A DNA stretch of 64,000 bases from an uncultured Chloroflexia bacterium (GTDB lineage Bacteria; Chloroflexota; Limnocylindria; Limnocylindrales; CSP1-4), in the NCBI GenBank assembly GCA_963752475.1, contig CAVVYR010000029.1:32001-96000 (forward strand), read 5' to 3'. A program made the position numbers and the translations under genes. The number at the start of each line of letters is the position of its first letter. Position 1 is the stretch's first letter. The notes beneath the pieces were generated by a model. That model saw only the letters and a program-made list of their open reading frames with translations. It did no database searches and was not told the DNA's origin. Shown here piece by piece: positions 39,255 through 49,759 of this stretch.

Positions 39255-41030
39255 ATGAAGCCACTCGAGGAGCCATTCGCGTCCATCGTCGCCGGACGCC
39301 CTGCCGAGATCGACCTGCGTGGCTTCAAACTGCTCGGCGCCCGCCTCTTCACCAAGGACCTCGCCTTCCGCGAGGAGGAGCGTGACGCCTTGGGGCTTCG
39401 CGGCATGCTGCCGGACCGCGTCCAGACCATCGAGGAGCAGGTCCAGCTGGAGTGGGAGCACGTCTCGCGCAAGGAAGACGCGCTGGAGAAGTACATCGGG
39501 CTGGCTGCCCTGCAGGACCGCAACGCAACCCTCTTCTATCGCCTCCTCGCCGACCACCTCGACGAGCTCATGCCAGTGGTCTACACGCCCACCGTGGGCC
39601 AGGCCTGCCAACAGTTCAGTCACATCCTGCGCCGCACGCGCGGGATCTGGATCACGCCGGACGACATCGACCGCATCCCCCAGCTGCTGCGCAACTCGCC
39701 CTACGGGGACGTGCGCCTCATCGTGGTCACGGACAACGAACGCATCCTCGGCCTCGGCGATCAGGGCGCCGGCGGCATGGGCATCCCCATCGGCAAGCTG
39801 GCGTTGTACTCGGCCGGCGGCGGGCTCCACCCCAGCCTGACCCTGCCGGTCTCGCTCGACGTGGGCACGGACAACAAGACCCTGCTGCGCGATCCGCTGT
39901 ACATGGGCTACCGCGCACGACGCCTGCGTGGCGCCGCGTATCGCGAGCTCATCGAGGCCTTCGTGCACGGCGTGGAGGAGGTCTGGCCCGGCTGCATCAT
40001 CCAGTGGGAGGACTTCAAGGGCCCCAACGCCCTGCGCATCCTGGAGCGGTTCCGCAACCACGTTCCCAGCTTCAACGACGACATCCAGGGCACGGCCGGC
40101 GTGACCGTGGCTGGGCTCTACGCCGCAGCCAAGCGCCTCGGCCGCCCGCTGACCGACCTGACGTTCGTGCTGGCCGGGGCCGGGGCCGCGGGCATCGGCA
40201 TCGCCCGCCTGCTGCGCCGGGCGCTCGAGGAGGAGGGCCTGACCGACGCCGAGATCGACCCGCGGCTGACGCTGCTCGACTCCCACGGCGTCGTCCACGC
40301 CGGACGTCACGACCTCGACGAGTTCAAGCAGGAGGTGGCCATCTCCGCCGAGCGCGTGGGCGAGCTGGAGCTGGCGCTCGAAGGCGACGACCATCAGCGG
40401 CTGTGCGAGATCATCAAGGCCGTCCGGCCGGACGTGCTCATCGGCACCACCGGTCAGCCGGGCTCGTTCGATCAGTGTGTCGTCTCGGCCATGGCCGAGG
40501 CTACCGAGGAGCCGGTGATCTTCGCCCTCTCGAACCCCTCGAGCAGGGTGGAGGCCACGCCGGCCGACATCCTCGCCTGGTCCGACGGCCGGGCGCTGGT
40601 CGCGACCGGCAGCCCCTTCGCCCCGGTCTCCTGGAAGGGCGTGCCACGGCCGGTCGGGCAGGCCAACAACGTCTTCATCTTCCCGGGCGTGGGCATGGGC
40701 GCCGTGGTCGCCGAGGCGTCGCGCATCACCGAGGAGATGTTCCTGACTGCGGCACGGGCGCTGTCGGACCATGTGTCCGAAGAGCGGCTTGCCGACGGCG
40801 CGCTCTACCCGCCGGTCGAGGCCCTCAACGAGATCTCGCACGCGGTGGCGCTGGCGGTCGCACGGGAGGCAGTCGACTCGGGGGTGGCCCAGGTCGACCC
40901 TGCCACAGACCTCGAGTTCGTCCTCGACGAGGCCATGTGGTGGCCGGCGTACGTGCCCTACATCAAGTCACGCGTGGCCGTCCATCGCGACGAGATCTAC
41001 GCCGCGCACGAGGCCTTGACCGGACGCTAG
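39255..41030 (+). CDS. maeA: NAD-dependent malic enzyme (large MaeA/SfcA type)
   Basis: VYTPTVG, ERILGLGD, QWEDF, FNDDIQGT, GAGAAG, LSNP and GQANN..IFPG motifs. Confidence 0.94.
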   Translation: MKPLEEPFASIVAGRPAEIDLRGFKLLGARLFTKDLAFREEERDALGLRGMLPDRVQTIEEQVQLEWEHVSRKEDALEKYIGLAALQDRNATLFYRLLADHLDELMPVVYTPTVGQACQQFSHILRRTRGIWITPDDIDRIPQLLRNSPYGDVRLIVVTDNERILGLGDQGAGGMGIPIGKLALYSAGGGLHPSLTLPVSLDVGTDNKTLLRDPLYMGYRARRLRGAAYRELIEAFVHGVEEVWPGCIIQWEDFKGPNALRILERFRNHVPSFNDDIQGTAGVTVAGLYAAAKRLGRPLTDLTFVLAGAGAAGIGIARLLRRALEEEGLTDAEIDPRLTLLDSHGVVHAGRHDLDEFKQEVAISAERVGELELALEGDDHQRLCEIIKAVRPDVLIGTTGQPGSFDQCVVSAMAEATEEPVIFALSNPSSRVEATPADILAWSDGRALVATGSPFAPVSWKGVPRPVGQANNVFIFPGVGMGAVVAEASRITEEMFLTAARALSDHVSEERLADGALYPPVEALNEISHAVALAVAREAVDSGVAQVDPATDLEFVLDEAMWWPAYVPYIKSRVAVHRDEIYAAHEALTGR

Positions 41031-41052
41031 ACGCCTCACCCCACTCGGCTGA

Positions 41053-41976
41053 TCAGCCCTTCACGCCACCCAGCGTCAGGCCGGAGACGAGGTACTTGGA
41101 GACATAGACGAAGAGGAAGACGATGGGCACGCTGACCATGATGGCCGCGGCCGAGAGGTCGGCCCACTGCGTCGAGAACTGCGCCTGGAAGCGAGCCATG
41201 CCCAGGGGCCAGGTCAGCAGCGCCTCGTTGCCGCCGACAAGGATGCGCGCGAAGAAGTACTCGCCCCAGGCGGCCAGGAAGTTGAGCAGGTACACGATGG
41301 CCAGCGCCGGCACCGACAGCGGCAGCAGCACGCGGTAGAAGGCCTGGAACTCGGTGCAGCCATCGATCTTGGCCGCCTCCTCGAGGTCGAAGGGGATGGT
41401 GTCGTAGTAACCCTTCAGGATCCAGATCGAGAACGGGATGGCCGTGACCGCGTAGGCCAGCATCAGGCCGGGGTAGGTGTTCACCAGGCCCGCCTGCACG
41501 TAGATGATGAAGATCGGGACCAGCAGCATGACGCCGGGGATGAGCTGGGTGGCGAAGAGGAAGGTCAGCCCGGAGTTGCGTCCGCGGAACCTGTAGCGGC
41601 TGAAGCCGTAGGCGGAGACGGCCGCGAACACGAGCCCCAGCGTGGCCACGCCGAAGGTCACCATCAGGCTGTTGAAGACCCAGTTGGTGAAGTTGCTATC
41701 GAAGAGCACCCGGGAGTAGGCGTCGATGGTGGCACCCTCGGGGATGAGCGCCAGCGACTTGTTGGTCACCGCCTGATCGGGTCGCAGCGAGGTGCTCACC
41801 ACGCGCGCCACCGGGTAGAGCACGATGATCGAGGCGATGATGAGCGCGAGATGGATGAGGGCGCGCTTCAGGGGCGAGTCCTCGCCGCGCCGCGGCGGCT
41901 GCGTCAGCCGTTGGCGCAGGCTGCGCTCGCCCCGTTGTGCGCTGACCTGGGTCATGGGTCGGGTCTGCAGGCTCAT
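41053..41976 (-). CDS. Maltodextrin/oligosaccharide ABC permease (MalG-like)
   Basis: KGYYDTIP..LEEAAKIDG EAA loop. Confidence 0.92.
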   Translation of the reverse strand: MSLQTRPMTQVSAQRGERSLRQRLTQPPRRGEDSPLKRALIHLALIIASIIVLYPVARVVSTSLRPDQAVTNKSLALIPEGATIDAYSRVLFDSNFTNWVFNSLMVTFGVATLGLVFAAVSAYGFSRYRFRGRNSGLTFLFATQLIPGVMLLVPIFIIYVQAGLVNTYPGLMLAYAVTAIPFSIWILKGYYDTIPFDLEEAAKIDGCTEFQAFYRVLLPLSVPALAIVYLLNFLAAWGEYFFARILVGGNEALLTWPLGMARFQAQFSTQWADLSAAAIMVSVPIVFLFVYVSKYLVSGLTLGGVKG

Positions 41977-41989
41977 GCGATCACCTCGC

Positions 41990-43261
41990 TCATGACTCGT
42001 AGGCTCCCTTGAGGACGTTGGTGGCGCGCACGTACCAGAGCGTGAAGGCCAGCAGGATGAGGAAGATGACGAAGGCAAAGGCCGCCGAGAAGCCGAAGCG
42101 GTTGAACTCGAAGGCCGCGCGGTAGAGCGCCGTCACCAGGATGTCGCTGCTCTCCAGCGAGTTCTGGTTGATGAAGAACGGCACCATGATGTTGTTGAAG
42201 GTCAGGAACACGCCCAGCAGCACCGCCGGCAACAGGACCGGGCGCAGGAGCGGCAGCGTGATGCGGGTGAGCTGCTGGCGGCCGTTGGCGCCGTCGATCT
42301 CGGCAGCCTCGTAGTAGTCGCTGGAGATGGCCTGCAGGCCGCCGAGCGTGATGACCATCATGAAGGGCACGCCCAGCCAGACGTTGGCGATGATCATGGC
42401 CGTGAAGTTCCAGAACGGATCGATCATCCAGGGGATGGGATCGATGCCGACGAGGCCGAGGAGCTGGTTGACGGCCCCGAACTGGAAGTTGAACTCCGTG
42501 CGCCAGATCTGCAGGGAGATGAACACGGGGATGGCCCACGGCAGGATCAGCACGGCCCGGTAGAAGGTCCGGCCGCGCATCTGGCGATTGAGCATCAGCG
42601 CGAGGGCCACGCCCAGCGTGACGTGGAAGAAGATGCACACGACCGTCCACACGATGGTCTGGAGGAACAGCTGCCAGAAGCCGGTCTGCTGCAGGATCGG
42701 CTTGGTGAAGACGTTGACGTAGTTGTCGAGGCCGACGAAGATGTCGCGCTCCGCGCCGAAGGGCTCGAGGATGGTGCCTTCCCAGGTCAGGCCCAGCAGC
42801 CCGGGATCGATGAAGTTGCGCACGCTCATGCTCGTGAACGAGAGGTTCAGCTCGTAGAGCAGCGGGTAGACGTAGAGCACGCCCACACCCACGATGGCCG
42901 GTGCCAGCAGCATCGCCGGCAGAGCCAGCCGTGCGCTGTTGCTGCGACGACGCGTCCAGATGAGCCAGATGACGCCGGCCACGGCCAGCACCAAGCCGGC
43001 GATGACGGCCGTGGAGATCCACGAGTCGCCCGAAAGCGAGGTGATCCCGTCGAGCGAGAGGGTCTCGAGGCTGAGCAGCCAGTAGGCACCGGCCGCGGTC
43101 AGTGGCGCGACCACGAGGGCGACGATCGTGGCGCGTTCGCCACGCTTGCCCATCAGCGCCAGGTACAGCAGCGCCTCGAGGGCCACGATGGCCAGGATGA
43201 TGATGGCCAGCGATGAGACCACATCGCTGAACGCGATCCATGCCTGTTCGAGGTCGAACAT
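41990..43261 (-). CDS. Maltodextrin/oligosaccharide ABC permease (MalF-like)
   Basis: FVGLDNY, ILPWAIP, WLGVPFMM and YEAAEIDGA motifs. Confidence 0.92.
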   Translation of the reverse strand: MFDLEQAWIAFSDVVSSLAIIILAIVALEALLYLALMGKRGERATIVALVVAPLTAAGAYWLLSLETLSLDGITSLSGDSWISTAVIAGLVLAVAGVIWLIWTRRRSNSARLALPAMLLAPAIVGVGVLYVYPLLYELNLSFTSMSVRNFIDPGLLGLTWEGTILEPFGAERDIFVGLDNYVNVFTKPILQQTGFWQLFLQTIVWTVVCIFFHVTLGVALALMLNRQMRGRTFYRAVLILPWAIPVFISLQIWRTEFNFQFGAVNQLLGLVGIDPIPWMIDPFWNFTAMIIANVWLGVPFMMVITLGGLQAISSDYYEAAEIDGANGRQQLTRITLPLLRPVLLPAVLLGVFLTFNNIMVPFFINQNSLESSDILVTALYRAAFEFNRFGFSAAFAFVIFLILLAFTLWYVRATNVLKGAYES

Positions 43262-43311
43262 CGTGTCGGTGTGTCCTCCTCACTTCCGACCGAAACGGGA
43301 CGCCATCATAA

Positions 43312-43343
43312 GCGAGGCCCCGACCTACTGGCCGGGGCCTCGC
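43312..43343. terminator. Intercistronic hairpin after the SBP gene (attenuator or mRNA stabiliser)
   Basis: 11-bp stem gcgaggccccg / cggggcctcgc. Confidence 0.65.
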
Positions 43344-43363
43344 GCACTATCGGTGGTTAGGAA

Positions 43364-44596
43364 CTAGGCGGGGCCGCAGGCTCCGCCGGGTGCGACCGCG
43401 GCCTCCAGCGCCGACTGCATGCCGGCAGCCACTTCCGCGGGATCCGCGTCCGCACTCGCGTAGAGCGAGACGAGGCCATTGGTCATGGCGTCCCAGGCGC
43501 AGTTCATCTCGAGGTTGACCGGCTGTCCGGTGCCGTTGGCCGAAGCCGCGGCGACGCCGGCGATGAAGGGATCGTCCTGCACGACCGGGTCCGCGATGGC
43601 CTCGGCGTTGCCGGGGATGCGCGAGAGCTCGGCGGCCATGGCGACCTGGTTCTCGGTGTTGTTGAGGAAGTCGATGAAGTCAGCCACGACGGCGGCCTTC
43701 TCCTCGTCCTCGGCGACGGCGGACGGCAGCATCAGGTACTTGCCCGACAGCCAGGGGGCCGGCCAGTCACCACCGACGACCTCGGGGATGGGGGCGATGC
43801 CGAGGCTATCGCCGAAGGTGCCGGAGTAGTTGCTCAGCTCCCAGTCGCCGTTGATGATCATGCCTGCATCGCCACCCAGGAAGAGGGCGTTGGCCACGTC
43901 GTAGTCGCTGTCGATGGGCATCACGCCCTGCTCCCACTTGAGGTCCTGCAGGAAGGTGAGCGCGTTGACCATCTCCTCGCTATCGAGCGAGGGGATGCCC
44001 TCGGCGTCGAAGACGGAGGCGCCGAAGCCACCCAGCCAGGGGGTCAGCCAGAACGACTGGGTCTGGTCGTAGACCAGCCCGAACTGCTCGCCCTCGGTGT
44101 TGGCCACGGCCACCTCGATGAGCTCGTCGGTGTTGGCCGGTGCCTCACCGACGATATCCATGTTGTAGTAGAGCATCAGTGCGTTGCCGAAGGAGTTCGG
44201 CACGCCCCATACCTGGCCGTCGACGGTCGTGACCTCGACCGCGGCCGGCTCGTACACGCTGGTGTCGACGAGGCCGTCGAGCGGCACGATCTGGCCGGCA
44301 GCGGCGAGCGGACCCACATGGTCAGCCTGGGTCCAGAGCAGGTCGGGCGCCTGGCCACCGATGGCGGCGGTCAGCACGTCGTTGACCATGTTCTCCGGAG
44401 CGTGGAAGATCGTCGTGATGTTGACGTCGGGGTTAGCTTCGCTGTAAGCGGCCGCGAGCCCTTCGACGAACTCCAGCGGACCCGCTTCCTCGGTCGTCCA
44501 CAGCGTGATGTCGGTCTGCGCGGCGGCGGGGACCGCGGTCCCGGCGACCATCGCCAGCGACCCGGCGAGCGCCAGGGCCTTGAATCGGTTGGACAT
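43364..44596 (-). CDS. Maltose/maltodextrin ABC substrate-binding protein (MalE-like)
   Basis: Signal peptide; APDL, WGVP..GNALMLYYN and MIINGDW motifs. Confidence 0.9.
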   Translation of the reverse strand: MSNRFKALALAGSLAMVAGTAVPAAAQTDITLWTTEEAGPLEFVEGLAAAYSEANPDVNITTIFHAPENMVNDVLTAAIGGQAPDLLWTQADHVGPLAAAGQIVPLDGLVDTSVYEPAAVEVTTVDGQVWGVPNSFGNALMLYYNMDIVGEAPANTDELIEVAVANTEGEQFGLVYDQTQSFWLTPWLGGFGASVFDAEGIPSLDSEEMVNALTFLQDLKWEQGVMPIDSDYDVANALFLGGDAGMIINGDWELSNYSGTFGDSLGIAPIPEVVGGDWPAPWLSGKYLMLPSAVAEDEEKAAVVADFIDFLNNTENQVAMAAELSRIPGNAEAIADPVVQDDPFIAGVAAASANGTGQPVNLEMNCAWDAMTNGLVSLYASADADPAEVAAGMQSALEAAVAPGGACGPA

Positions 44597-44773
44597 CGTT
44601 AGATGTGTCCTCCTCCTATGGCCACCGGAGGCGGTGGCTCTTCGGTACGCCAGTCGCGAGGGAACACCCCTTGGTGACCGGCCAGCGGATGATACGCCCG
44701 CTCCAAGGACTCGGCCAGGATGCGCGGACCGGCTGCGCGAGAGTCATCTGGCGGGTCTAGCATGTGCCGCGCC

Positions 44774-46948
44774 ATGACCGAACGCACCATCTCTCTCACC
44801 CTTGTCCTGCACAACCACCAACCCGTCGGCAACTTCGGGTTCGTCTTCGAGGAGTGCTACCAGCAGAGCTACGGACCCTTGCTCGACGCCCTCGAACGTC
44901 ACCCCGGCGTCCGCCTGGGCCTGCACTACACCGGACCGCTGCTGGACTGGTTCAAGACAGAGCGGCCGGACGTCATCGACCGGCTGCGGGCGCTGGTCGA
45001 GCGCGGCCAGGTCGAGGTCCTCGGCGGCGGCTACTACGAGCCGGTGCTGGCGTCGCTACGCGAGGACGACCGCGTGGGCCAGCTGACGAAGATGGCCGAC
45101 GAGATCGAGTCGCTCGTGGGGCAGCGCCCGGGTGGCGCCTGGCTGGCCGAGCGCGTGTGGGAGCCGGACATCCCCAAGGCCCTGGCCAAGGCCGGCTACG
45201 AGTTCACCATCGTGGACGATGCCCACTTCCGGGCCGCGGCCATCCCCGAGGAGCTGCACTGGGGCCCCTACTCCACCGACGACCAGGGCTACCGCGTCAT
45301 CGTCTATGGCTCCGAGCAGGGCCTGCGTTACCGCATCCCCTTCCGACCGGTCGAAGAGGTCATCGAGTACCTCCGCGAGCACGCCACAGAGGACGGCTCG
45401 CTCGTCGGGATGATGGGCGACGACGGCGAGAAGTTCGGCGTCTGGCCCGGCACCTGGGACCTCTGCTACGGCGAGCAGCAGTGGGTCGAACGCTTCTTCA
45501 CCGCGCTCGAGCAGAACGCTGAGTGGCTGAGCATGCTGAAGCCGGGCGAGGCGCTCGAGTCGCACCCACCGATCGGCCGGGTCTACCTGCCCACCGGCTC
45601 CTATGCCGAGATGGGCGAGTGGTCGCTGCCCTACAAGGCCCGCCGCGAGTTCGTCTCGCTGCATCACGCGGCGGTCGAGCGGGGCGCGCCCGAGGCCCGC
45701 TGGATGCGCGGCGGCTTCTGGCGGCAGTTCCAGGTCAACTACCGCGAGATCAACGACCTTCACAAGCAGATGCTGCGCACGTCACGCAAGGTCGAGGAGA
45801 CCGACGGGAGCGGGCTTGACGCCGGCAAGCTGGCGGCCGTCCGCGACCATCTCTTCCAGGGCCAATCGAACGACTGCTACTGGCATGGGCTCTTCGGCGG
45901 CATCTACATCTCGCACATGCGGCTGGCCACCCTCGAGCACCTCATCGCGGCGGAGGATGCGGCTGACCGCGCAGCCGGGGCGGAGGGTGTTCGGATCGAG
46001 ACCGCCGACCTCGATGTCGACGGCTTCGACGAGCTGCTCATCTCCGCACCGGGGCAGGTCGTAGCCATCAAGCCCAACGAGGGCGGTGGCATCGGCTCGT
46101 GGGACGCGCGCGCCACACGGCACGCCCTGACCTCGGTCATGCGCCGGCGCGAAGAGGCCTACCACGACACGCTGCGCGAGGCCGACAGCGGAGAGGTCGA
46201 GCAGCAGGAGGCCGGTGATGGCGCGGTCTCGATCCACGACCTGGTCAAGGTCAACGAGCCGGGCATCAGTCAGCGCCTGTGGTACGACCACTACGAGCGC
46301 CGCTCGGGGCTGGTGCACCTGATGGCACCCGGCACGACTGCCGAGGCCTTCAAGCAGGCCGACTACGAGGAGCTGGGCGACTTCGTCTCTGGCGAGTTCG
46401 CGGTCACCCAGGCGGAGGGTGACAAGGTCGTGCTCGAGCGCGAGGGTGGCATCCTGCGACCCGATGGCGCCTGCGCACCGCTGAAGGTGGTCAAGGAGCA
46501 CGTCTTCGGGGTCGACCGCCGCGTGCCGACGCTCGACCTGCGGGTCGAGGTCACCAACACCGGCGACCAGCCCATCGAGGCGCTGCTGGGTGTCGAGTTC
46601 AGCCTCAACATGCTCGGCGGTGGCGGCAACCCATCAGCCTGGTACAAGGTCAACGGCGAGACCGGCGGTTTCGACCGGGACAAGACCGTCGACTCCACCG
46701 ACCACGTGGGCCTGGGCAACGACTACATCGGGATCGAGGTCGAGTCACGTCCGTCGCCGCCCGCAGCCGCCTGGTGGTGGTCCATCGAGACGATGTCGCT
46801 GTCGGAGTCCGGCTTCGAGGCCAGCCACCAGGGAGGCTCGCTCACCTTCGTCTGGCCGCTTTCCCTGGCGCCCGGCGAGCAGATGACCGTCAGCCTGGCC
46901 AACCTCATCCGCTCGAGCCGCGACCGCGCCGAGGAAGAGGGCCTCTAG
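44774..46948 (+). CDS. GH57 alpha-amylase / 4-alpha-glucanotransferase
   Basis: HNHQPVGN, WLAERVWEP, DDGEKFG.WPGT, SY.EMGEW and NDCYWHGLFGG motifs. Confidence 0.95.
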   Translation: MTERTISLTLVLHNHQPVGNFGFVFEECYQQSYGPLLDALERHPGVRLGLHYTGPLLDWFKTERPDVIDRLRALVERGQVEVLGGGYYEPVLASLREDDRVGQLTKMADEIESLVGQRPGGAWLAERVWEPDIPKALAKAGYEFTIVDDAHFRAAAIPEELHWGPYSTDDQGYRVIVYGSEQGLRYRIPFRPVEEVIEYLREHATEDGSLVGMMGDDGEKFGVWPGTWDLCYGEQQWVERFFTALEQNAEWLSMLKPGEALESHPPIGRVYLPTGSYAEMGEWSLPYKARREFVSLHHAAVERGAPEARWMRGGFWRQFQVNYREINDLHKQMLRTSRKVEETDGSGLDAGKLAAVRDHLFQGQSNDCYWHGLFGGIYISHMRLATLEHLIAAEDAADRAAGAEGVRIETADLDVDGFDELLISAPGQVVAIKPNEGGGIGSWDARATRHALTSVMRRREEAYHDTLREADSGEVEQQEAGDGAVSIHDLVKVNEPGISQRLWYDHYERRSGLVHLMAPGTTAEAFKQADYEELGDFVSGEFAVTQAEGDKVVLEREGGILRPDGACAPLKVVKEHVFGVDRRVPTLDLRVEVTNTGDQPIEALLGVEFSLNMLGGGGNPSAWYKVNGETGGFDRDKTVDSTDHVGLGNDYIGIEVESRPSPPAAAWWWSIETMSLSESGFEASHQGGSLTFVWPLSLAPGEQMTVSLANLIRSSRDRAEEEGL

Positions 46949-46997
46949 CCCTCGGCCCCACCCTCGAAGTGGGTCGGCGGGCATCCGCTCTCGACCA

Positions 46998-47147
46998 CTA
47001 TCCGCCTGTGGCTGGACCTCGACGCGCCTGCGACCGGAGTGCGCGACCTCATGCTCGGCGGGACTCAAGTCGACGCCCCGAGCCTCCACGAGGCTGGGGA
47101 TCGACAGGCGTGGCGCAAACCCGTCGAGTTCAGCCACCAGAGGATGG
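46998..47147. repeat. ~150-bp imperfect palindromic intergenic element between convergent genes
   Basis: gtggctggacctcgacgcgcctgcg (47008) is roughly complementary to cgcaaacccgtcgagttcagccac (ends 47137). Confidence 0.55.
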
Positions 47148-47172
47148 CAGATGGGCCCCAGAGGACCCGCGG

Positions 47173-48673
47173 CTACACCTCAGCCAAGTCGGTGAAGGTG
47201 TCCTCGAGCTTGGGGTAGAGCGAGCGGTAGACCGCATAGGCCCCGTCGTAGGCGCCTGCGTGCTCGCCTGGTTCGGTGGTGTCGGTGACCTCGACCATGG
47301 CCTCGCAAGCCTCGCCGACGGTCTCGAACCAGCCGGCCGCGACCGCCGCCAGGATTGCACCACCGGTGGCGACGCCCTCGGCGGTGCGCGTAAGCGAAAG
47401 CGGCACACCCAGCACATCCGCGATGATCTGGCGCCACAGCGGCGAGTTGGTGCCACCACCCGAGGCACGCAGCTCACGCAGCGGATCGGGCGCGGTCTCC
47501 GACACGAGCTCGAAGACGTCCCGCAGCGAGAAGGCCACGCCCTCGAGCACGGCCCGCACCATGTGACCCAGCCCGTGGCGCACGGTCAGGCCCACGAAGG
47601 CGCCGCGCGCGCGGGGGTTGGCGTGGGGCGTGCGCTCGCCAGAGAGATAGGGCAGGAAGATGAGGCCCTCCGCGCCGGGTGGCACGTCTGCCGCCAGCGC
47701 GGTCAGCTCGTCCCAGCCGGTGTCCGGAGCCAGCTCATCGCGCAACCACAGGAGTGAGCCAGCGGCCGAAAGGGTCACGCCCATGAGGTGCCAGGTCCCG
47801 GGCACGGCATGGCAGAAGGCAGACAGCCGTCCGTCCCGCTCGACCGAAGGGCCCGACGTGGGCACGAAGACGACGCCGCTGGTGCCCACGGACATGGCCG
47901 CGATCCCAGGCGTGACAGCACCCAGGCCGACCGCGTTGGCGGCCTGGTCGCCGGCCCCGCCGACCACTGGCGTCCCGGCGCGCAAGCCGGTGGCCGCGGC
48001 GGCCTCGTCGGTCACGGTGCCCACGATCTCGGGGCCCTCGACGGTCCGGGGCAGCATCGACATGTCGAACCCGATGGCCTCTGCCACCTCCTGCGACCAT
48101 GTCCGCGCCTTGATGTCGAACAACACCGTGCCGGCACCGTCGTTGACGTCGAGCGCGTACTCGCCGCAGAGCTTGAAGCGGACGTAATCCTTGGGCAGCT
48201 GCAACACACGTGCCCGCTCCCAGTTCTCCGGCTCGTTGTTGCGCACCCACAGCATCTTGGTCGCGGTATAGCTCGTGAGCGCATCGTTGCCGGTGATCTC
48301 GATGAGCCGCTCAGGACCCACGGCCGCGCGGATCTGATCGCACTCGGCGGCGGTGCGGCCGTCGTTCCAGAGGATGGCCGGGCGGACGACCTCGCCGTCC
48401 TCGTCGAGCAGCACCATGCCGTGCATCTGGCCGCCGGCACCGACTGCGGCGATGTCATCCCCGGTCACCCCGGCTTCGGCCAGCACCCCCTTGATGCGTC
48501 TGCTGGGCCGCGTCCCACCACAGACCGGGATCCTGCTCCGCCCACAGCGGGAACGGCGTTTCGAAGGGGTATTCGGCAGCGGCAACGGCCAGGACCGTCC
48601 CGTCACGCTCGAGGAGGATGGCCTTCGTCGCGGTAGTCGAGACGTCGAGGCCGAGGACGAGTGAGGCGCTCAC
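47173..48673 (-). pseudogene. xylB: Xylulokinase, +1 frameshift near 48496 (possibly a sequencing error)
   Basis: LGLDVSTTATKA and AEQDP in one frame; GQMHG, ILWNDGRT, PKDY, GDQAA, GTSGV and PYLSGERTP in the next. Confidence 0.9.
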
Positions 48674-48706
48674 GGTGTTCCTTTCGGATCGATACAGGGG
48701 ATCGGC

Positions 48707-49610
48707 TTAGCGGTCGAGCTGGTCGGAGAGCACGAGACGCTCGGCCTCGGCTTCGTCCACGAGGTGGACGGCCCAGTCCTCGTGGTGCTCAGCGGCATCG
48801 CCGGGGTCAAGGTCGGTCAGCGGGCCCAGCGACTCCAGCTCGGTGAAGTCGCCGTGCGAGTAGACCTGGCCGGAGGCACCCATGTCGGCGTACTCACGGG
48901 CCTCGTCGTGGCCGGCGTACTTCACCAGCAGCAGGCCCTCGCGGTAGTGCGCGGCCCAGCCCCGGCGCATGGTCGTGCCGATCTTGAAGGGCACATCGAG
49001 GGGCCGGTCGAGCCATGACCGCGGAGCGGATCTCGAGCGCACCGTCGTGGACCACGTAGCGCGGGTCGTCGTTGCGGGAGTAGGACCACAGGACGATGTT
49101 GCGCTGGCCCTGGAAGCCACCCTCATCGAAGTCACCGGTGAGTACCGGCAGGAACGCCCGGCCCAGCGGTTTCATCATCGTGATGGCCCAGGCCGCCAGG
49201 CGCTGCGGACGCGTCGCTCGATTGAGCACGCGGTAGTCGAAGGCGAAGCGCTCGGGACCGGTCACACGGATGTCGATCTCGCGGCTGGTCTCCGATACCG
49301 GATCGGGCCGGGTCACGAGGCGCACGCCGTCATCGATCTCCTCCACGCCCACCGCATCGTCGTCCGGACGGTAGGTGAAACGCGGGTCCTCCGGGGCCGC
49401 CCACAGGCGTGAACCGCCACGCAGGTGGATGACCCCCGAGCCCGGGCAGTCGAGCGTCATCTCGGGCAGCTCGGCGAAGTGATTGCGGTCGTCCTCGGTG
49501 AGCAGGCCGAGCACGCGTGGCCCGACCGAGGTCGTGACCACCAGCCGGATCTTCCCGGCGGTGATCTGGATGGCCTCGTGGCCGGCGAATCGGGTGGTCG
49601 TGATGGGCAT
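48707..49610 (-). pseudogene. DUF4380-like / galactose-mutarotase-fold protein, +1 frameshift near 49011
   Basis: VGPRV, GGSRLWAAPE and WAITMM in one frame; FKIG, ELESLGPL..L.PG and H.EDW in the next. Confidence 0.75.
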
Positions 49611-49759
49611 CGGGCTGGGCGTCCTCTTCTCCGCTGGTACGACCGATGCTAGCGAACGATGACCCCACTCAGGTAGCGGCTGCGCGACTCGATATGGCGG
49701 GCCGTTCCGCCCACCGTGAGCGAAGCCTCCAGCGGCAGGTCCACCGAGGAGGTCCCGAC

